Assembly: GCA_044376115.1 (NCBI GenBank)
Contig: JBILLK010000036.1
Span: forward strand, 32,001 to 96,000
Direction of reading: 5' to 3'
From: Polyangiaceae bacterium
Lineage (GTDB): Bacteria; Myxococcota_A; Polyangia; Polyangiales; Polyangiaceae
DNA length: 64,000 bases
Under the pieces are notes generated by a model. The model had not been told where the DNA came from and made no database searches. It saw only the letters and a program-made list of their open reading frames with translations. The translations under genes and the position numbers were made by a program. Shown one piece after another: positions 28,734 through 38,870 of the stretch; the stretch's first letter is position 1; each line of letters starts with the position of its first letter.

Positions 28734-30286
28734 TCAGGCTTGTACTCGCGAAGTCCGTCGGCGGTGATTCGAAAAGGAGGGCTGCAGTTGGGATTGACCG
28801 GCTTATTGCCGGTGAGCGCGGGTTTTGCCGAGGTACTGCGCGGTCCTGTGAGGGATTCATGGGCCAACGCCGAACGCGCGGCCGAGGCGCTGCTAGCTGC
28901 GCTCGGGCTGGGCTGGCTTGTCGGTGGAGGAGCGGTGGGCTCACGCGCTGCGGGTACGCTTGCCGACGCGGTGACACTGGCTTGAGGCGCGGCAGGCGAA
29001 GGCGACGGCGCGGAGGGAACGAGCCGCGCCAACAAGAAGCCGATTACGCCGGCTCCGAGCACGCCAGCAAGGATCAAGGCGTTGCGTCGCGGCCGCGTGG
29101 CTGCGCCCTGATCCAAGGCCACGGCGCTCGCTGGCTCGGCCAAGGAGCGTGGCTCTTCGCCCGGCGTCTCGGTTGCGGCAGCAGGGCTCGCGGAGCTCGG
29201 CGGCGCCGCGAGTGTCGCTGACATCACCGCCTCGGACCCCGGCTTGGCGGCGTCCTTCGGCGCATCCACTTTAGCGGCCAGCACCGGCCGGCCAGGCAGC
29301 TCGGTCGCAATCGAAAGATCGAAGGCGGAGGCGCGCTGCGCTTGCAGCCGAAGCGAGGTCGCGGCCTTGGCCTCGACCCAGCGCGCCACATCGCGAGAAG
29401 GAGCTGGCGGCGCGACCTTTTCGAGGGCTTGGGCCATTTCTCGCGCCGACGCGTAGCGCTTGGACACGTCGCGTGAGAGCCCGGTGAGGATCACCTGGTC
29501 GATCTCGGGCGAGATCTCGCGGCGAGCGCTGCTCGGCGCGACCGGCTCTTTGGAGACGGCGCGCAGAATCACGGCGGCCTCAGAGCCGAGCTCATCGAAG
29601 TAGCGCGTTCCGGTCAAGAGCTCCCACAAGACGACGCTGGCCGCGTACAAATCGGCCCTTCGATCCACCTCCTCGGCGCGGATCTGTTCGGGCGCCATGT
29701 ACGCAACTTTGCCTTTGATCTGGCCATCCCGCGTGGCGGTTGAGTTGCCCACCGCCTTGGCCACGCCAAAGTCGATCAGTCGGGCTACGCCGTCCGACCC
29801 GACGAGCACGTTCTGCGGTGAGACATCGCGGTGCACGATCGAAAGCGGAAGGCCGTCCTCTCCATGTGCCTCATGCGCGGCATGCAACCCCTCCAGCATG
29901 CCCACGCCAATGGCGCTGACGATCGACGCAGGCAGCCCCTCTGGCGTGGTTCGAAACAGCTTGGACAGCGACTCGCCGGGGATGAAGTCCATCACCAAAA
30001 AGAGCTCTCCGGCCTCGGCTACGACATCGAGGATGGGCACCACGTTGGGATGGCGAATGCGCGAGGCGAGGCGCGCCTCATCCAAGAACATCGCGACGAA
30101 TTGCGGGTCCTTTGCGTATTGTGGGTGCAGCCGTTTGATCGCGACGACGCGGGTGAAACCGCCTGAGCCGACCAAACGGCCATAGTGCACCGTGGCCATC
30201 CCGCCGGTGGCGATCTCCCCTTGGATGGCGTAGCGCCCAACGCGATCGGGCTCGGCTTCGGAGGTGCGGGACATCGACGAATTCAT
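28721..30286 (-). CDS. Membrane-anchored Hanks-type Ser/Thr protein kinase
   Basis: GGMATV, VAIK, HRDVSPQN, DFGVAK, YMAPE, one TM helix, C-terminal CSPPF...KPECL. Confidence 0.95.
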   Translation of the reverse strand: MNSSMSRTSEAEPDRVGRYAIQGEIATGGMATVHYGRLVGSGGFTRVVAIKRLHPQYAKDPQFVAMFLDEARLASRIRHPNVVPILDVVAEAGELFLVMDFIPGESLSKLFRTTPEGLPASIVSAIGVGMLEGLHAAHEAHGEDGLPLSIVHRDVSPQNVLVGSDGVARLIDFGVAKAVGNSTATRDGQIKGKVAYMAPEQIRAEEVDRRADLYAASVVLWELLTGTRYFDELGSEAAVILRAVSKEPVAPSSARREISPEIDQVILTGLSRDVSKRYASAREMAQALEKVAPPAPSRDVARWVEAKAATSLRLQAQRASAFDLSIATELPGRPVLAAKVDAPKDAAKPGSEAVMSATLAAPPSSASPAAATETPGEEPRSLAEPASAVALDQGAATRPRRNALILAGVLGAGVIGFLLARLVPSAPSPSPAAPQASVTASASVPAAREPTAPPPTSQPSPSAASSASAARSALAHESLTGPRSTSAKPALTGNKPVNPNCSPPFRITADGLREYKPECLR

Positions 30287-30304
30287 CCTACCGTAGCGCG
30301 CTGG

Positions 30305-31669
30305 CTACTCGTCGGCGCTGCCATCATCCACGGCGCGAAGCTGAAAGCGTTGGACTGCGCGCTGAATGAACTTGCGGTTGACTCCGGCGATGCGAGCCGC
30401 ATGGGTGACGTTCCCGCCCGTCTCGGCGAGCGCTTCCCGTAGATAGGCTTCTTCGAAGGCATCGCAAAGTTGTTCGCGCGCGTCTTTGAGCGGGACGCTG
30501 AGATCAACCTTGCCGTTGACTGCCGCGCTAAGTGAAGGCGTTTGCGCTCGCGGGTCCACCGAGCCGTGAGAAAGCGCGCGCGTGACGGCGTTCTTGAGCT
30601 CGCGCACGTTGCCCGGCCAGGCCTGCCCAATCAGCCCCTTGATCGCCCGCTCACCGAGCGGCGTCACCACACGACCACGCTCGGACAGGGCCCGAGTGAA
30701 GTGCGCTACGAGCAGCGGGATATCGTCGGGGCGCTCGCGCAACGGGGGCAGTCCAACGCGCACCACCGCGAGACGGTAGTACAAGTCTTCACGGAAACGC
30801 TTGTTGGCGACCTCTGCGGCAAGATCGCGATTGGTGGCTGCGACCACGCGTACGTCCACCCGACGTGCGGTGTTGGAGCCCACACGGCGCACCTCCAACC
30901 GCTCGAGGGCGCGCAACAACTTGGGCTGCAGATCCAGCGGCAGTTCTCCAATCTCATCGAGGAACAGCGTCCCGCCGTCAGCGGCCTCGAGCGCTCCTTC
31001 GCGATCGGCCACCGCACCGGAGAAGGCTCCCCGCACGTGACCGAACAGCTCGCTCTCCATCAAACTCGGCGCGACCGCCGAACAGTCGAACACGATGAAC
31101 GGCTCTGCCGCGCGCGCCGACTCCTCATGCAGCGCCTCTGCGACGAGCTCTTTGCCGGTGCCCGTCTCACCCTCGACCAGCACCGTGTCATCCACCGCGG
31201 CGGCGCGCTCGAGCATGGTGAAAACCACGCGCATCGGTACGCTTTGCCCGATCAGCCCGCCGAAGCGCTCGCGTGAGGACAGCGGGATCTCCACCACGCC
31301 CTGCAGCAGCCTTAGGCGCAAGGTGCTGTTCCCCACGATCAGCGTCGAGTCGTAGCGAGCGTAGGCGTCGCGAATGGAGACCCCGTCGAGCACCGAGCCA
31401 TTGCGACTGTTGGCGTCGACCACACGAATCCCGTCTTTCTCGATCTTGAGCGTCAGGTGGTGACGACTCACCGCGCCGTCGAGCAGGATCAGCTCGCAAC
31501 CGCGCGCCGAGCCGATCCGCACCTCGGGACCGGAGAAGTCGAAGGACTGCCCAGCCTGCGGGCCCGCTACCACCGCGACCTGAACTTTACGGGAGCGAAG
31601 CTTCAAACCGGCGGCATCGCGCGAGAGGATCTCGGTGATGGCGTCGCGCGGCGCAGACTCTGAAGACAC
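30305..31669 (-). CDS. FHA-domain sigma-54 enhancer-binding protein
   Basis: FHA IGS...VSRHH...[43 protein letters not shown]; Fis-type HTH. Confidence 0.95.
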   Translation of the reverse strand: MSSESAPRDAITEILSRDAAGLKLRSRKVQVAVVAGPQAGQSFDFSGPEVRIGSARGCELILLDGAVSRHHLTLKIEKDGIRVVDANSRNGSVLDGVSIRDAYARYDSTLIVGNSTLRLRLLQGVVEIPLSSRERFGGLIGQSVPMRVVFTMLERAAAVDDTVLVEGETGTGKELVAEALHEESARAAEPFIVFDCSAVAPSLMESELFGHVRGAFSGAVADREGALEAADGGTLFLDEIGELPLDLQPKLLRALERLEVRRVGSNTARRVDVRVVAATNRDLAAEVANKRFREDLYYRLAVVRVGLPPLRERPDDIPLLVAHFTRALSERGRVVTPLGERAIKGLIGQAWPGNVRELKNAVTRALSHGSVDPRAQTPSLSAAVNGKVDLSVPLKDAREQLCDAFEEAYLREALAETGGNVTHAARIAGVNRKFIQRAVQRFQLRAVDDGSADE

Positions 31670-31791
31670 GGAGCGGATGATACAGCGAACCCCGAGGCGA
31701 CGCGACGTTCACGGCGCAAACAAGCGCGAGAAAAGCTCTGCTAATGTAGGAGGGCTGTCTCGAGGTCGAGCTGCGTAAGGCGGGCCAAACT

Positions 31792-33438
31792 GTGATGATC
31801 CCCAGCAAGCTGGTCGCGGAAGAAGAGCAACGTCTGGTGGCTGCTTGGGCACCGTATGCGTCCGCGCGTGGCTTGACGCTGCTGCCGAGTGCGAGCCCAT
31901 GGAACGGCGTGCTGAAGCTGCACGGCTTCTTCAGCGGCGTTGAGGTCGCGGTGGAGCTGCGCTTCGTCGGTGAGGCCAGCGTGTTGCAGCGCCTCACCGT
32001 CCGCGCGCGCGCCTTTTCGCCGATGCCGATCAAGTCGCAGGTGAAGCGCGAAGACGGGCTGTCTGGGCTGACGGAGCTGCTCGGGACCGAGGACCTCCAG
32101 GTAGGCAACCCAACGTTCGATGCCATGTTCGTCGTCAAGGCCGACAGTCGGGCGCTGGTCCCGACGTTGTACGGCCCAGAAGTCCAGCAGACCTTGTTTG
32201 CGCTGCCGCAAGGCTGCGCGGCGGACTACGAGCAGGGGGCGATCACCGTGCACAGTGATCGGCAGCCCGAGCCTGCGTTGGTCGACGTAATGGCGGCGGT
32301 GGCCGCTGCCTTTGCACGCGCTGGGAGCGCTGCTCATGGGGCTGTCGCAACCGGCGCTACAGCGGCCTATCGCGGGGCCTTGCCGGTCGCCGCTGCGGCC
32401 CAGCCTATGCCGGCGCCTGGGTTGGGCGAGCACGGCCTCTGGGGGCTGCTCATTCTGTTCTTCGGCGTCGGCTACGCAGGCCTCGCTGGCGAAGCCTCAC
32501 GCACCTCGACGTTGTATCAGAAGGCCAAGCCGTTATCGGCCAATGACGCGAGTGTGCCGGTGCTCGTTACAGGCCCGATCGAAGCCGAGGAATTGAGCAG
32601 TAAGGCGGTCAAGCCTGGCCGCTACATTGCAATCCACCAAGCGGCTGAAGTGCTCGCTTGGGACGAGTCCAGCATCACGAGCAAGAACAGCACCCAGTAC
32701 ACCTGCACGCTCACGTGGACGAGCAACCCGCGGCCGCCTTCTTCCTTTCAAGCCGAGGATTGTCGCAGCAAGCCCGCGTTCAAGAAGCCACCGGAGCTCG
32801 AAGACCAATGGCCCAAGAAGGCCGTGATTCGCAGCGGAGACCGCGCGATCGAGGTCGACCTCGCCGAGGTCGAATGGAAGATCGACCCTGTGCCGCCAAC
32901 GCCGGCCCAGCTGGTTTTGGGCACCAACGCCATCACTGATACGTGGGAGGAGAACCTCTTCGTCTACACCTCGGCCAAGTGCAAAGCCGAAGAGCCCGAA
33001 GCCGGTTGTGAACGCGTGCGCACCAGCGTGCGTCCGATGCCCGATGGGGACGTCACCATCATCGGCAAGCTCGAGGGGGACCGCTTGACCAAGTTCGAGA
33101 CCACGCTCAAAGGAGCAGCCGGGGATCGCGCCGCGCTGATGGACGCCTTCTCGGTCGACGCGGCCTTCGAGGGCTTTGGCATTTGGTTGCAGCGGGCCGC
33201 TTCCTTCGTTGGGATCTGGGTCGGCCTCGCGTTCATTCACCGGCCAGTGCGCTATCTGCTGCGCGGAATACGTTGGTGCCGCGAAACCACGACCCAGCGG
33301 CTGATCTTCGCCGTCGGCACGGCGCTCGGTGGCGTCGCCGTGCTCACCCGCTCCTTCGCCTTGCTCCTCGCCTTCGCTGCAGTCGCTGCGATCTACTTCG
33401 GCTCGCGCGCGGAAGCCCAGGTGGCCCACAAACCTTGA
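31792..33438 (+). CDS. Membrane protein with TMEM43-like soluble domain
   Basis: One TM, then PVLVTG...EVLAWDE...YTC...W, VTIIGK, then three C-terminal TMs. The family resemblance is by eye only. Confidence 0.6.
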   Translation: MMIPSKLVAEEEQRLVAAWAPYASARGLTLLPSASPWNGVLKLHGFFSGVEVAVELRFVGEASVLQRLTVRARAFSPMPIKSQVKREDGLSGLTELLGTEDLQVGNPTFDAMFVVKADSRALVPTLYGPEVQQTLFALPQGCAADYEQGAITVHSDRQPEPALVDVMAAVAAAFARAGSAAHGAVATGATAAYRGALPVAAAAQPMPAPGLGEHGLWGLLILFFGVGYAGLAGEASRTSTLYQKAKPLSANDASVPVLVTGPIEAEELSSKAVKPGRYIAIHQAAEVLAWDESSITSKNSTQYTCTLTWTSNPRPPSSFQAEDCRSKPAFKKPPELEDQWPKKAVIRSGDRAIEVDLAEVEWKIDPVPPTPAQLVLGTNAITDTWEENLFVYTSAKCKAEEPEAGCERVRTSVRPMPDGDVTIIGKLEGDRLTKFETTLKGAAGDRAALMDAFSVDAAFEGFGIWLQRAASFVGIWVGLAFIHRPVRYLLRGIRWCRETTTQRLIFAVGTALGGVAVLTRSFALLLAFAAVAAIYFGSRAEAQVAHKP

Positions 33439-33504
33439 GCTCAGCCGAGCCCCGGCACGCGCAGCTCGCGGATGCCTCGGCCGGTCTTTTTGCGGAGCAG
33501 CGCG

Positions 33505-34563
33505 CTAGCGTTTGGCGTCCGGGGCCGTGGAGAGCAGAGGCGTCTCTGCGGCCCATCGTGCCAGCTTCTCCTGTGTCTCTGCGTCGGGAGCAGCGTCTCG
33601 TCCCAGAAACCGCAGGCGATGCACCGTGGTAGCTCGCCGACCTGGCGCGACGTTGACGCTGTCGGTCGGTTTCTTTTGGCAGGCCAAACGCGCGCGCTGC
33701 CACGTAGCGCTGGGCACTGCAACGACTTCGCGCGGAAGCTCCGCGACCAGGTCGATTGTGCCGTCTCGGTCGACGTCCTCGAGCGCGAGCTTGGGGGGAC
33801 TGACGAGGATCACATTGGCCTGCTTTTCCGGTACTCCCCAGCCGCAGTTGAAGTCGGGAACATCGAAGCCCACCATCGCCAAAATTCGAAGCTGAGTCCC
33901 CGAAGGCTGGGTGAGATCAATCCTCGAGAACCTCAGGATGCCAGCCGTTCCGTTGAATACGTGCCAGTCGGCTACGACCAGCGCCTCGCGCGTGCCCTCG
34001 AGCGGGAGGCGCAACTCGGCGACGACGCTCGCCGAACTGCAGTCCCCGCCGAACGGATCCGCAAGGCTCCCAAGCACGCGAAATCCCTTGTCGGCGGCCT
34101 CGACCACCGTACTGCACACGGAGCCTTCAGTGCCTTCGAAGCGGTGGCGGACAATCCCACGCCCGGCAGCTCCTGGGCCGAATCGGCCCCAGATAGCGGA
34201 GCTAAAGAAGCATGGCGTCTCAACCGGCACGAGCGGATCTCCGGTCGACACGACACGGTTTTTCTCGAAGAGCGGACAGACCCCGCAACCGGGGTTCGAG
34301 GCATCGGTTGGAGCCGGGCAGAAGGCGTCGCGCAGCATGGGTTCAGCGACGGCGGCTTCGTAAACCGGCGCGGGGCTGGTCATTGGTTGATGGCCGACCA
34401 ACGAGTTGGGTGCGCTAGCGAGTGAACTCACCTGCGCTGTGGGCGATTGCGCTACCGGGTCGCGCGAGGGCATCGCTCCGAGCCTCGGATCGCACCCGAT
34501 GAAGCTCGCTGCTGTTATCAGCAGGGCCTCTGCGATTCGCTTTGAAGAGTGTCGTAGTCCCAC
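33505..34563 (-). CDS. Hypothetical lipoprotein
   Basis: Lipobox FIGC; DVDRDG..DL (FG-GAP-like Ca-binding) motif. Confidence 0.6.
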   Translation of the reverse strand: MGLRHSSKRIAEALLITAASFIGCDPRLGAMPSRDPVAQSPTAQVSSLASAPNSLVGHQPMTSPAPVYEAAVAEPMLRDAFCPAPTDASNPGCGVCPLFEKNRVVSTGDPLVPVETPCFFSSAIWGRFGPGAAGRGIVRHRFEGTEGSVCSTVVEAADKGFRVLGSLADPFGGDCSSASVVAELRLPLEGTREALVVADWHVFNGTAGILRFSRIDLTQPSGTQLRILAMVGFDVPDFNCGWGVPEKQANVILVSPPKLALEDVDRDGTIDLVAELPREVVAVPSATWQRARLACQKKPTDSVNVAPGRRATTVHRLRFLGRDAAPDAETQEKLARWAAETPLLSTAPDAKR

Positions 34564-34715
34564 GCCGGAAGGCTACTGGCGTTGTAGCGGGTTGAGAATG
34601 TGGGGACTCCGACTATGACTCCAATGATTTTTGCGGCCTGTCGATCTTGGGGCAGGCCGTTCGATGCATGGGCAGACACGAATCGACCCAGCTGACGCCT
34701 ACATGGAGGTCCCCA

Positions 34716-35165
34716 ATGAATGACCTAGCGAATTTGCCCGCGTTTTCCGCCTACGCCGCCGCCCTCTTGCTGCTGAGCTTGAACCTGATCGGCCTGGCCA
34801 ACGCGACCGCGGTGACGCGCGGGCAGGCGAGCGAGGTCATCAACCCGGAGGACCAGGCGCTCAACAAGAAGGCCACGGTGGTATTCGAGGCGGGCAATGA
34901 CAAGACCGCGCGCTATCGCCGGGCGCATCGCAACGCGCTCGAGAACGTCCCGCTCTTTCTGATCAGCGCCTTCGTCCTTACTGCGCTGGGCGCCTCAGCC
35001 ACGGTTGGAGCCGCGCTCTTCTACCCGTTTGCCGCGCTGCGCATCTTGTACAGCGTCTGTTATGTGAAGGCCATTCAGCCGTTTCGCACGATCTTCTTCG
35101 TACTAGCGCTCTTGCTGCAAGGCGGTGTGCTCGGCTTCATTGGCTATTACAGCTTTGCTCGCTAA
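34716..35165 (+). CDS. MAPEG-family membrane protein
   Basis: INPED, RYRRAHRNALENVPLF, RILYS; GGAGG RBS before ATG 34716. Confidence 0.92.
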   Translation: MNDLANLPAFSAYAAALLLLSLNLIGLANATAVTRGQASEVINPEDQALNKKATVVFEAGNDKTARYRRAHRNALENVPLFLISAFVLTALGASATVGAALFYPFAALRILYSVCYVKAIQPFRTIFFVLALLLQGGVLGFIGYYSFAR

Positions 35166-35180
35166 TAGCCTAATAGCCAA

Positions 35181-36341
35181 CTAGAGCTTGGCCGGTAGCG
35201 CCTTACGCAGCGTACAGGCCTTGTCGTCGCCCATGGCGCAGGCCTTGTCGAAGATCTCGGCGGCCTTCTTCGGATCTTTGGCCTTTAAGCCCATCCCATC
35301 GCGAAGGGACATTGCGTAATTGGTGCAGCCCAACACATTGCCGCCCGTACACGCCTGTTCAAACAAGGACAGCGCTTTAGGCAGATCCTTGGGAACCCCG
35401 AGCCCTCGTTCGTAGACCAACGCGAGCTCGTTGCAGGCTGTGGCCTCCGCCGGGCAGGCCTTCTCGAATAGGGCGGTAGCGCGCGGCTGATTCTTCGCTC
35501 CGAACTTGCCGTCACGCATCATGATTCCGAGGTTCGTGCAGGTGAACATCGAGCCGGCGTCGCAGGCGGCTTGCATCAGTTTGTCGCCTTTGGCTTTGTC
35601 GGCGGGGACGCCGTCCCCCAGGCCGTAGACAAGCCCAATCTCCCCGCACGCATCTTGGGAAGGTGGCTTCCCTTCGCAGGCCTTGCTTAGCAAGCTCAGC
35701 CCCGCGGCGGTGTCCTTCTTTCCGCCGTCTCCGCTGATCATCATCCCGCCCAGTCGGTAACAGCCGTCGGTGTACGAGAGGTCGCAGGATTGGGTGTAAG
35801 CCGCGCGCGCCGGCTCGTAGCTTTTGTCCCGCGACAGCAGGTCGCCGAAGTTGCTGCAGCCCAGACCGTCCTTGAGCTTGCAGGCCTTCTCATAGAGGGT
35901 CTTCGCCTTGGCACGATCGATGGGACCGCCTTCGCCACGCTCTTGAGCTACGCCCAGATTGTTGCAACAGGACGCGTGCCCGAAGTCGCAGCCCATGGTG
36001 TACAGCTTGATCGCCGTGGCTTTGTCGGCGACCTTTTCACGCGATAACGCCTGATCGAAGCAGACCGTGGGCGTCTCCGCCGAACACAGCTCGGGCGGCG
36101 GTGTTTCTTCCACGATGCGATCGCAAGCGCTCGTCATGGTGTGTTTTGACTGCGTTGCACTGATCGTCCCGGTGCAGGTGACCTGCGGCTTCTTGGCCTT
36201 GAAGTTGAAGTGGTCGCCTTCCCGAACCAGCTCGATATCGGTAAAGCCTTGCTCCTCGAGCACCTTGCGCGAAGCCGATTCACTCGGACCGCAAGCGATC
36301 GCGAACAGCGCAACTAGCCAAAGACGACGCTGATGGTTCAT
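35181..36341 (-). CDS. Sel1-like repeat lipoprotein
   Basis: Lipobox AIAC; repeated C..LG.....G.G...D..KA..L..KAC units. Confidence 0.9.
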   Translation of the reverse strand: MNHQRRLWLVALFAIACGPSESASRKVLEEQGFTDIELVREGDHFNFKAKKPQVTCTGTISATQSKHTMTSACDRIVEETPPPELCSAETPTVCFDQALSREKVADKATAIKLYTMGCDFGHASCCNNLGVAQERGEGGPIDRAKAKTLYEKACKLKDGLGCSNFGDLLSRDKSYEPARAAYTQSCDLSYTDGCYRLGGMMISGDGGKKDTAAGLSLLSKACEGKPPSQDACGEIGLVYGLGDGVPADKAKGDKLMQAACDAGSMFTCTNLGIMMRDGKFGAKNQPRATALFEKACPAEATACNELALVYERGLGVPKDLPKALSLFEQACTGGNVLGCTNYAMSLRDGMGLKAKDPKKAAEIFDKACAMGDDKACTLRKALPAKL

Positions 36342-36387
36342 GGGCCGCGCGATGCTAGGTGCGAGCGCGGTGTTCGGGAAGGCCGCT

Positions 36388-36864
36388 TCAGCGGCTGGCT
36401 GCCGAGCCCAACGTACCTTGCAGGCTGCGGCCGAGCCTGCCGAGCGCCGCCTCGGTACCGCGCTTCGCGTTTTGGAGCATGCCCTCGCCGACGAACGAGA
36501 CCAGCTGCGCGGTGAGTAAGAGCCGCGTCCCCCCCGGCTGTTGCATGAACTCCATGGTGATGAGCGACGTCGACAGCAGCGTGCTCCCTGCGGCTACGCG
36601 CTCCAGATAGACGACGCGCTGATCGGGCACGATGTCCTGGTAGTAAACCCGACCCTCGTAACGCAGGTCTTCCTTCGGCCCGCAGCGATAGACGTCGAGC
36701 CCACCGACCTCGAAGCAAGCCTGCGCATAGACGATGCGCTCGTCCTCCGAAGGCACGCCCCATTGGCTGCGCTGCTCGACGTCAGCGTAGGCTGCAAACG
36801 CCGCTTCAGGCGTGCAGTCGAAGTCGCGTTCAATCACGAAGGTGCCATGCGCGAGAGCGTTCAT
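36388..36864 (-). CDS. SRPBCC/AHSA1-family protein
   Basis: HGTFVIER.F...PE..FAA.AD...R.QW, Y.DIVP..R.VY, S..T.EF motifs. Confidence 0.88.
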   Translation of the reverse strand: MNALAHGTFVIERDFDCTPEAAFAAYADVEQRSQWGVPSEDERIVYAQACFEVGGLDVYRCGPKEDLRYEGRVYYQDIVPDQRVVYLERVAAGSTLLSTSLITMEFMQQPGGTRLLLTAQLVSFVGEGMLQNAKRGTEAALGRLGRSLQGTLGSAASR

Positions 36865-36873
36865 TGGCGTGGC

Positions 36874-37878
36874 TCAGCGCAAGTACGCCGCGCAGCGCGG
36901 GTCTTTGTCGGGCACGTCCTTGCCTTTGGCCTCACCCTTGGGGAAGGCCTTGCGATCACAGAGCGCGGCGAAGAGATCGAGCATCTCTTGGGTCAGCTGC
37001 TTGTTGTCGCCTTTGATTCTGCGACCCATGTACGTGCTGGGCGCGCCGCTCAGGATCTTGGCCCAATCCTCGTAGGCCTTCTGACGTGCGTGCGTGCCGA
37101 GCGAGAACTCCTTGTCGTCGAACAAGAAGGTTGTGCCGTCCGTGCCGTGACAGCTTGCGCAGCGCTCCTGATAGAGGGCCTTGCCGGTGTCGGGGTTGCC
37201 GCCCGAGCGCAGCACGTAGTTGCCGGGGGAGCCCTTCTTCAACTCGAAGATGTCGTCCGGGTGCACCAGCGTACGGTCGCGCACGCCAACGATGAACGCG
37301 GCGATGTTGGCGAGTTGGCTGTCGCTCAGCACCGAGCCGAAGGCCGGAACGTCTTTGCTCCCCGACTTGAGCCACGCGGCGATTTCAGCCTCGGTGCCCT
37401 TTTTCTCGAGCAGGTTCACGTCGAGTACGAAGGGCTTGTTCATCATCTCGGGGCCGTAGATCCCGGCCTTCCCGCGAAGATCCCAGCCGAACAGGTTCTT
37501 CAAACGGTAGTCGTGCCCGCCGTCGTTGAGGAAGGGCTTGCCGTCCTGCGTGAGCAGCGTGCCGTCCTGATTCGGACCGCCCTTCCCATCCGCTTTGCCC
37601 TTCGTCTTGGGGTTGTCCGGTGCGAAGGCGGCCAACTTCCAGCGGTCGAAGTCTTGCCCGCCGTTGATCGTCCCCGGCGGGAGTGGCGCAGGGCTTGGCG
37701 TTGCCGAAGCGCTCGCCGCAGCGGACGGAGAGCCCGACGCGCTAGCCGTTGATTGCGCGACAGCGCTCGCACTGGTCGGCGTCGCCACGCTGGCGCTCGG
37801 TTGAGGTTGTACCGGCGACTCTGCACGGCACGAAACCATCGCGAGGGAGAGGGCAAGGCTGAGGAACGTTCGATTCAT
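36874..37878 (-). CDS. c-type cytochrome lipoprotein (one intact CxxCH)
   Basis: Lipobox MVSC; GKALY.ERCASCHG.DG; distal Met in G.PSTYMG. Confidence 0.85.
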   Translation of the reverse strand: MNRTFLSLALSLAMVSCRAESPVQPQPSASVATPTSASAVAQSTASASGSPSAAASASATPSPAPLPPGTINGGQDFDRWKLAAFAPDNPKTKGKADGKGGPNQDGTLLTQDGKPFLNDGGHDYRLKNLFGWDLRGKAGIYGPEMMNKPFVLDVNLLEKKGTEAEIAAWLKSGSKDVPAFGSVLSDSQLANIAAFIVGVRDRTLVHPDDIFELKKGSPGNYVLRSGGNPDTGKALYQERCASCHGTDGTTFLFDDKEFSLGTHARQKAYEDWAKILSGAPSTYMGRRIKGDNKQLTQEMLDLFAALCDRKAFPKGEAKGKDVPDKDPRCAAYLR

Positions 37879-38109
37879 CGCGTGCTCGTTTTGCATCGCC
37901 GCTCGTGGTTGGCAAGCTCCTAGCGCCTCACGTGGTTCGGTGCCCGCTTTTACGTACATATGCCGGTAGCGACGCCGTAACCGTCTATCGGCGCAACTGA
38001 AGCCAGCCGTTCACACCCCACCGATGAAACTCGCGAAAAGCGCGCCCATTGAACGTGTTTTGGCGATCTTCGCTTGGGTCAACCTGCACGACGGCGAACT
38101 CCGTACGCG

Positions 38110-38125
38110 CGGCACGACCAGTGCA
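38110..38125 (+). promoter_or_regulatory. Probable sigma-54 promoter
   Basis: CGGCACGACCAGTGCA (GG-N10-GC) 20 nt upstream of ATG 38145, with GGAGG RBS at 38138-38142. Confidence 0.6.
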
Positions 38126-38144
38126 ATCGCAACTTGCGGAGGTC

Positions 38145-38816
38145 ATGATGCGGAAGCTTATTGCGGTGGCAGGTCTCGTGGGTGTGGCGGCGGTGTCGAT
38201 GGGGGCCAAGGGTTGCAGCACCGAGTATGTGCCGGGGGATGGCTCTTCTGCAGAGTGGGAGACCGCGCCGGTACCGACCGCCGCAACGGAGCCACAAGCC
38301 ATGAGCTGCGAGTGGCTCGACGGCGACAATTGTTGGAAACGCTTCGTGGCGCGCGCCGAGAGCTGCAAAGGGCTGGTCGAAACCGGCGGTCGTTTCAATG
38401 AGGACCGCGATGCGTGCAGCTATTCATCGAATGGCTTTCTCGAGTTCGGCGGCCCGTTGAGCACACCGTCCAAAGCGAGCGTGCTCTTCCCCGCCGTGGA
38501 TTGGCGCGTGGTCGATGAGGAGGGCACCGCGTGCATGACCGGAAAGATCCTTGGCGTCGGCAAGACCCTGATCGACATCGATGGGGAGGTCGTTGTGTTC
38601 GAGAACAAGACCCTCACCGAGTACGAAATCACCTGCGCCGACGGCACGACCTACTCCAACGCGCATGAGGATACCTGCGCCGACTTCGGTGTGCGCTGGC
38701 TCGCCCACGACGCCCCCGGCGTGCTGCTCGCCTGCGACGGCGCCAAGGAGACCTGCGAACTTTCGCTGTGGGGTGGCGCGGACGGCGAGGAGCCGATTAC
38801 CACCTGCGCCTTCTAG
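38145..38816 (+). CDS. Hypothetical lipoprotein
   Basis: GGAGG RBS, signal peptide with AKGC lipobox, several Cys. Confidence 0.75.
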   Translation: MMRKLIAVAGLVGVAAVSMGAKGCSTEYVPGDGSSAEWETAPVPTAATEPQAMSCEWLDGDNCWKRFVARAESCKGLVETGGRFNEDRDACSYSSNGFLEFGGPLSTPSKASVLFPAVDWRVVDEEGTACMTGKILGVGKTLIDIDGEVVVFENKTLTEYEITCADGTTYSNAHEDTCADFGVRWLAHDAPGVLLACDGAKETCELSLWGGADGEEPITTCAF

Positions 38817-38870
38817 GTCCCGTCCGTCTTCGGTCTCGCTAGGCCCAGCGGCGAGCGCTACGCTGCGCGC

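Noticed and set aside
27105..31669. FHA-EBP / Ser-Thr kinase / PEGA / lipoprotein cluster as a novel system
   Set aside because: A common, highly repeated arrangement in myxobacterial genomes; nothing distinguishes this copy.
35163..35178. TAATAGCC tandem duplication between convergent genes
   Set aside because: Two copies of 8 bp at a stop codon; likely trivial slippage.
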